The notes below the pieces were generated by a model. It searched no databases, was not told the origin of the DNA, and saw nothing but the letters and a program-made list of their open reading frames with translations. A stretch of 50,884 bases of DNA, from the sequence record SRR2962707_1476, one strand, 5' to 3'. This document shows positions 45,857 to 50,884 of this stretch, piece by piece. The position numbers and the translations under genes were made by a program. Numbering within the stretch: the stretch's first letter is position 1; every line of letters begins with the position of its first letter.

Positions 45857-47978
45857 CCTTTTTATTGGTTTGCTAGCCTCTGGTCAGGACATAGCTGTGG
45901 GCACCTGGAGGACACATTTCAGTTACTCCGATGCAAGAATTCTCACTGCATCGGTAAGCAAAGTTTTTTGTGCCACTGAGAATGGTCTTTTTTCCTGGGA
46001 TTTCTATGAAGAAACCATCAGAAAGCTTTCCAAGATAGATGGCCTATCCGATGTAGGCATTTCAGCAATGACCTATGACATAAATGGACAGGTGTTAATC
46101 ATTGGGTACAGATCAGGTCTCGTGGATTTTGTCTACAGCGATAGAATTGTAACAGTTCGGGAAATTGCAACATCAAATCTTGAAGGCGACAAGCAGATCA
46201 ATGCGATTGAGATCGGGGATGACCGGGTGTTTCTTGCCACTGATCTTGGGATCATCGTCCTGGATATTTCAAATGCATCGATCTTGGAAAATTACGTCCA
46301 GATTGGTGAGAACGGAGCGACTGTTCAGGTTGAAGAAATATTATTCATCAATGATTCCTTATTTATCCGAACGAATCAGGGAATTCAAGCAGGTGACTTG
46401 AGCAAAAATCTTTTGGATTATAACAACTGGGTCAGATATGTTGGAACCGGTAGTCTTAATGATGTGCATCAAGGGATAGGTGGGGTATTTGCATTAGATG
46501 GAAGTAATCTTTTCAATTATGATGGAAGCGATTGGGTTGATACCGGGGTGGATCTGCCAGGGAATGGAACAAAGTTGTTTTCTTATCAAACTGTTTTGCT
46601 AACCGCAGGGGAAGATGGTACTGTTTACGAATGGGATGGGAATTCATTTGTGTTCAAGCACACAACACAAGGGTTGGATATCAATGATCTTGTTTACGAT
46701 ACTAATGGATTACTTTATGTGGCGGATGGTTTGCTTGGTGTTTTTGTGGAACTGGCTCCAAACACCCTCTCCCCGGTCGGGCCATTGTCTGACTTCTATT
46801 CAAGCATCGAGGTATTAAACAATGAAGCATATGGCTTTCACGCACCAACTCCATTTGGGTACAATGGAACAGAAAAAGTCGATGGTTATTCCTTGTTTTC
46901 GGAAGGAATTTGGTCAAATCCAACTATAGAAAATTTTCAGAACATCACGGATGTGGCCAGCTTCAATGGCAACAAGTATTTTTCTTCCATTGGGGATGGA
47001 CTATATGATGAGAATAATGAGGTAATTATCCGTGATATTCCTAAGAGTTCAAGCACGTTGGATACCATGCTTACAGGGCTTGCTTCAGGAGATCGTCTTT
47101 GGGTTGTCGGTTTTCATCCCGAGGAAGCAGCACATTACATGGATGACGAGGGTAACTGGGCTTCTTATCCGGTAAGCAGAACTTCAGATAATGCGGTGCT
47201 TTCGGTCGATCTTTCAGCAACAGGTATTGCCTGGTTAAATAATTCAGCAGGCTACATTACCATTATTGATGTCGAAGAAGATGCAGTGGACTTTCTCACA
47301 TCTTCTGATGGTCTGCCCTCCACTGTGACTGACGTAAATATCAGTGTGGAAGATGATGCCTGGGTGAGCACCATCAGAGGGCCGGCCAGCTTTTCAGAGG
47401 CCTCTTTCATTTTCAGTGACCAATCGGCCCTCATTCCCACCTTCGAGAACCGGGTGCTCTTTGAGAGTGAAGTGATTAATGCGGTGATGACGGATGGTGG
47501 CAACAGGGTGTGGTTCGGTACGGATCGCGGGTTGTGGGTATTTGATGAAAATACATCTGAGCAAATCGCATTATTCAATGAAAGCAACAGCCCAATTCCA
47601 TCCAACAAAGTCTTGGAATTGGCTTACAATGGGAATAATGGAGAAGTTTTCATTGTAACAGACAAAGGGATGGTTTCTTATCGAAGTGCGTCATCCATTG
47701 GAGATCGAAGACACTCTAATGTCTCCATATTTCCCAATCCTGTTAGACCAGGGTACCAGGGCGAGGTAGGAATAACCGGCCTTGCCAATAATGTGACAAT
47801 CAAGGTGACTGATGTGAATGGAAATCTTGTCAAAGAAATTCAGGCAAATGGAAGTGCCGCTTCTTGGGATTTGAAAGACTTGAGAGGAGGAGGGGTTGTT
47901 ACGGGTATTTATTTTTTCTTCAGTGCCAGTTCGGATGGCGAGGAAACCTATGTTGGGAAAATAGCTGTCGTCCGCTGA
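45831..47978 (+). CDS. porZ: PorZ-like T9SS beta-propeller protein with C-terminal sorting domain (start uncertain: 45798, 45804 or TTG 45831)
   Basis: GTWRTHFSY, LSKIDGLSD, DGGNRVWFGT, NSPIPSN, FPNPVRP, GKIAVVR; directly upstream of recO. Confidence 0.85.
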   Translation: MKHWVRISSLFIGLLASGQDIAVGTWRTHFSYSDARILTASVSKVFCATENGLFSWDFYEETIRKLSKIDGLSDVGISAMTYDINGQVLIIGYRSGLVDFVYSDRIVTVREIATSNLEGDKQINAIEIGDDRVFLATDLGIIVLDISNASILENYVQIGENGATVQVEEILFINDSLFIRTNQGIQAGDLSKNLLDYNNWVRYVGTGSLNDVHQGIGGVFALDGSNLFNYDGSDWVDTGVDLPGNGTKLFSYQTVLLTAGEDGTVYEWDGNSFVFKHTTQGLDINDLVYDTNGLLYVADGLLGVFVELAPNTLSPVGPLSDFYSSIEVLNNEAYGFHAPTPFGYNGTEKVDGYSLFSEGIWSNPTIENFQNITDVASFNGNKYFSSIGDGLYDENNEVIIRDIPKSSSTLDTMLTGLASGDRLWVVGFHPEEAAHYMDDEGNWASYPVSRTSDNAVLSVDLSATGIAWLNNSAGYITIIDVEEDAVDFLTSSDGLPSTVTDVNISVEDDAWVSTIRGPASFSEASFIFSDQSALIPTFENRVLFESEVINAVMTDGGNRVWFGTDRGLWVFDENTSEQIALFNESNSPIPSNKVLELAYNGNNGEVFIVTDKGMVSYRSASSIGDRRHSNVSIFPNPVRPGYQGEVGITGLANNVTIKVTDVNGNLVKEIQANGSAASWDLKDLRGGGVVTGIYFFFSASSDGEETYVGKIAVVR

Positions 47979-48655
47979 TGATTGTAAAGTCCAAAGGAAT
48001 TGTTCTGAGCTATATAAAATATGGTGACACCTCGATCATTGCCCGAATATTTACCGAAGAACTTGGCTATGGGTCATTCATTGTTAATTCAATCAGAAGT
48101 CAGAAGTCAAAGAAGAGCATTGGGTATTTTCAACCCTTTTCTATTTTGGAACTGGTATTGTATGTGAAAGAAACCAGAGACCTCCAACGTGTATCAGAAT
48201 TCAAGAATCACATTCCCCTTCATCACATTCATCAAAACCTTACCAAAAGCACAATCACACTTTTTCTTACAGAGGTATTTTCCAAGCTCCTGCAATTTGA
48301 ACATGCACCTAACCCTCATTTGTACACCTTTGCTGAAGAGTCCATCCAAACATTTGATCAGTTGGAGAAAGGTATCGGGAATTTTCATCTTCAATTTTTA
48401 TTGAAAATTGGTTCGTACTTAGGTTTTGAAATCGAGGAGGCAGACAGTCTTTTCAGCTCTATTGATAAGCTGGCCCCCGCATCCAGCGATCATCATCTGG
48501 CAGAGAAATTATTGATGGATCCCTATGGTTCAACGTATGACTTGAACCGTCATTCCAGAAACATATTACTAGATGCAATTCTGAATTTCTACGAACATCA
48601 TGCTCATATTTCAAAGCCAAAATCACTGGAAGTGCTAAGAAGTGTGCTCAATTGA
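47978..48655 (+). CDS. recO: DNA repair protein RecO (start revised to ATG 47978)
   Basis: KGIVL..IKYGDTSIIARIFTEELG, FQPFSILE, PKSLEVLR; TGATG coupling to porZ. Confidence 0.92.
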   Translation: MIVKSKGIVLSYIKYGDTSIIARIFTEELGYGSFIVNSIRSQKSKKSIGYFQPFSILELVLYVKETRDLQRVSEFKNHIPLHHIHQNLTKSTITLFLTEVFSKLLQFEHAPNPHLYTFAEESIQTFDQLEKGIGNFHLQFLLKIGSYLGFEIEEADSLFSSIDKLAPASSDHHLAEKLLMDPYGSTYDLNRHSRNILLDAILNFYEHHAHISKPKSLEVLRSVLN

Positions 48656-48709
48656 TTCCGACTTTATTTCGATTCTGATTAACTTGTGTAAACATTAACA
48701 ACCTACAAG

Positions 48710-49672
48710 ATGGCAGAGATATTATACGACGAAGTACCCTCGCTAGACCTGAATGACTTCACTAATGGAACCCCCGAAAAAAAGGCAGCATTTGTCAAAG
48801 CCCTTGGGGATGCTTACACTAACATTGGTTTTGTTTCTATTAAAAATCATGGCCTCTCCGATGCGCTTACTGCAAACCTCTATTCTTCAGTGGAGGAATT
48901 CTTCCGACTGGCGGATGATGTGAAAATTAAGTATGAGAAAGTGGAGCTTGCGGGCCAAAGAGGTTACATCAGTAAGGGCCGGGAAAAAGCCAAAGGAAGA
49001 AATACAGGGGATTTGAAAGAATTCTTTCATGTTGGTCAACCGGATGATAACAAGCGATCAGACTACCCGGACAATATCTGGCCTGATGAAGTACCAAATT
49101 TGAAAAAATATACAACCGAGGCATACAACACCCTGCTGCAAGCGGGGATCCAAATGCTTCGTGCAATTGCCACTTTCCTTGAGCTTCCTGAAAACTACTT
49201 TGATGACAAGGTTCGCCAGGGAAACAGCATACTCCGACCCATTCATTATTTCCCGATTGAAAATCCGGATGAAATTCCGTCGGATGCCGTTCGGGCAGCT
49301 GAGCATGGAGACATCAATTTAATTACCCTTTTGATGGGGGCAAGTGCCGATGGCCTGCAAGTTTTGAGAAGAGACGGTAAGTGGATTCCGATCACCGCAC
49401 TACCTGATCAAATTGTAGTGAATGTGGGAGATATGTTGGAAAGACACACAAACAAGAAATTAAAGTCAACCATTCACAGGGTGGTTAATCCACCGCGTGA
49501 ACTGATGCACACATCAAGATTCTCCATTCCATTCTTCATGCATCCGGTTTCTGAGATGGACTTGACATGTCTTCCGGGTTGTGTAGATGAAAATCATCCT
49601 AAGGAATTTGAGGACACCACAGCCGGAGAATTTCTGGATGAACGTTTACGTGAGATTGGACTAAAATCCTAA
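48710..49672 (+). CDS. 2OG-Fe(II) oxygenase, isopenicillin-N-synthase-like family
   Basis: HxD (HGDINLITLL), VNVGDML, HRV, RFS. Confidence 0.92.
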   Translation: MAEILYDEVPSLDLNDFTNGTPEKKAAFVKALGDAYTNIGFVSIKNHGLSDALTANLYSSVEEFFRLADDVKIKYEKVELAGQRGYISKGREKAKGRNTGDLKEFFHVGQPDDNKRSDYPDNIWPDEVPNLKKYTTEAYNTLLQAGIQMLRAIATFLELPENYFDDKVRQGNSILRPIHYFPIENPDEIPSDAVRAAEHGDINLITLLMGASADGLQVLRRDGKWIPITALPDQIVVNVGDMLERHTNKKLKSTIHRVVNPPRELMHTSRFSIPFFMHPVSEMDLTCLPGCVDENHPKEFEDTTAGEFLDERLREIGLKS

Positions 49673-49676
49673 TCGG

Positions 49677-50867
49677 GTGTCCTTCAGGAGAGTTCGTGGC
49701 ATCATATTTCTTAAGGATGTTTCCATCCTTTCCGTTACCGCCTTTGGTGGCCCGCAGGGACATTTCGGGATGTTTCTCGATATGTTTGTTAAGAAGCGTG
49801 GCTACTTAAGCGAAGAAGATCTCATTGAATTATTTGCCCTTTGCCAGGTACTTCCAGGTCCTACATCTACTCAGACCATTACTTCACTGGGATACAAAAT
49901 TGGAGGTCCTAATCTCGCCTACCTAACACTTTTGGTTTGGATGTTGCCAGCAGTAAGCTTGATGACAGCCATGGCTATTCTGGTTAGTTCAGCAGAGGAA
50001 ATGGAGATCTCTCTTGATTTTTTGCGCTTTATTGAGCCCATGGCTGTAGGGATCGTTGCGTACTCATCTTACAGAATTGCCGCGAAGGTGGTAAGCACTA
50101 AAATGGGATATGCTTTGATGATTGTTTCAGCGATTGCCTCATTTGTGCTTAAGTCTCCTTATGCTTTTCCAACCTTAATTATCCTGGGGGGATTGGCGAC
50201 TACCTGGAAATACAAGCGTCAACCCATAGAGGAGAAAGAACGAATCAAAATCAATTTTTCGAATTTGATATTATGGGTGTCTGTTTTGATAATCGCTGCA
50301 ATTCTAGGAGGAATTACTCAGTACCAGCCGATCAAACTTTTTGAGAATTTTTATCGGAATGGAAGTTTGATCTTTGGTGGTGGGCAGGTTTTGGTACCCT
50401 TGCTTTATACCGAGTTTGTAGAGTTCAAAAAGTTTATCACGTCGGATGAGTTTATCCATGGATACGGAATGGTTCAAGCCATACCAGGCCCAACTTTTTC
50501 ATTCAGCGGATACATTGGAGCATTGAGTATCGATGGTCTTGGTATGGGGGGAAGAATTTTAGGAGCAATTATGGCAGCTTTGGGGATTTTTCTTCCAGGG
50601 ACATTCCTCATCTTCTTTGTGATTCGTTTCTGGGAGCAACTGAAAAAGTATCGAATCGTCAAAGCTTCTTTGGAAGGCATCAATGCAGTGAGTGCTGGAA
50701 TGGTAATAGCCGCCGCTTTCTTGATAATGGTCCCAATGGAACCACTGGCCATTAATTACATACTCATTTTGGCCACTGTGGGGATGCTACATTTTACCAA
50801 AATCCCAACACCGCTTATCATCGTTGGTGGACTTATACTTGGAATTGTAGTCGCTGACCCGTCCTGA
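49677..50867 (+). CDS. chrA: Chromate efflux transporter, long-chain CHR family
   Basis: AFGGPQGH, QVLPGP, IFGGGQV, QAIPGP, IFLPG. Confidence 0.92.
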   Translation: MSFRRVRGIIFLKDVSILSVTAFGGPQGHFGMFLDMFVKKRGYLSEEDLIELFALCQVLPGPTSTQTITSLGYKIGGPNLAYLTLLVWMLPAVSLMTAMAILVSSAEEMEISLDFLRFIEPMAVGIVAYSSYRIAAKVVSTKMGYALMIVSAIASFVLKSPYAFPTLIILGGLATTWKYKRQPIEEKERIKINFSNLILWVSVLIIAAILGGITQYQPIKLFENFYRNGSLIFGGGQVLVPLLYTEFVEFKKFITSDEFIHGYGMVQAIPGPTFSFSGYIGALSIDGLGMGGRILGAIMAALGIFLPGTFLIFFVIRFWEQLKKYRIVKASLEGINAVSAGMVIAAAFLIMVPMEPLAINYILILATVGMLHFTKIPTPLIIVGGLILGIVVADPS

Positions 50868-50884
50868 AAAAGGTTGACTGGGTT

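Noticed and set aside
48710-49672. Beta-lactam biosynthesis (IPNS-like gene with bla as self-resistance)
   Set aside because: No ACV synthetase or other biosynthetic genes, the oxygenase family is widespread, and bla is about 48 kb away.

Overview
A gene-dense core-chromosome segment of a Bacteroidota bacterium. Evidence for this: TAnnTTTG-type promoters, A-rich leaders without Shine-Dalgarno, T9SS PorZ and PorE-like genes, and DUF4249/DUF4331 genes. Cytophagales is an inference from gene style. It holds 36 supportable CDSs: B1 metallo-beta-lactamase-uvrA; terB-like and an ABC pair; tpiA-prmA-1650-aa secreted protein-M20 peptidase-dsbD-M23-two OmpA-domain proteins; ALDH, a lipoprotein and an AsmA-family protein; the mreBCD-mrdA-rodA operon; tpx; TonB receptor + DUF4249; a DUF4331 pair + TPR protein; a lipoprotein pair; a SigK/RskA-like ECF sigma/anti-sigma pair with a divergent TonB receptor; an acidic protein; fdx-tdk-porZ-recO; a 2OG-Fe(II) oxygenase and chrA. 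No rRNA, tRNA, IS element, prophage or CRISPR array was seen. The best lead is non-coding. The motif AAATC(C/T)-N17-CGTA(A/G)(A/G)T occurs three times around the ECF sigma locus: before the DUF4331 operon, before the TonB receptor, and inside the 3' end of the TPR gene. The third copy fronts an ~82-nt hairpin/GU-rich/terminator unit, a candidate ECF-dependent small RNA, whose putative seed is 10/11 complementary to the translation-initiation region of the terB-like gene in this window. All motif matching was done by eye.
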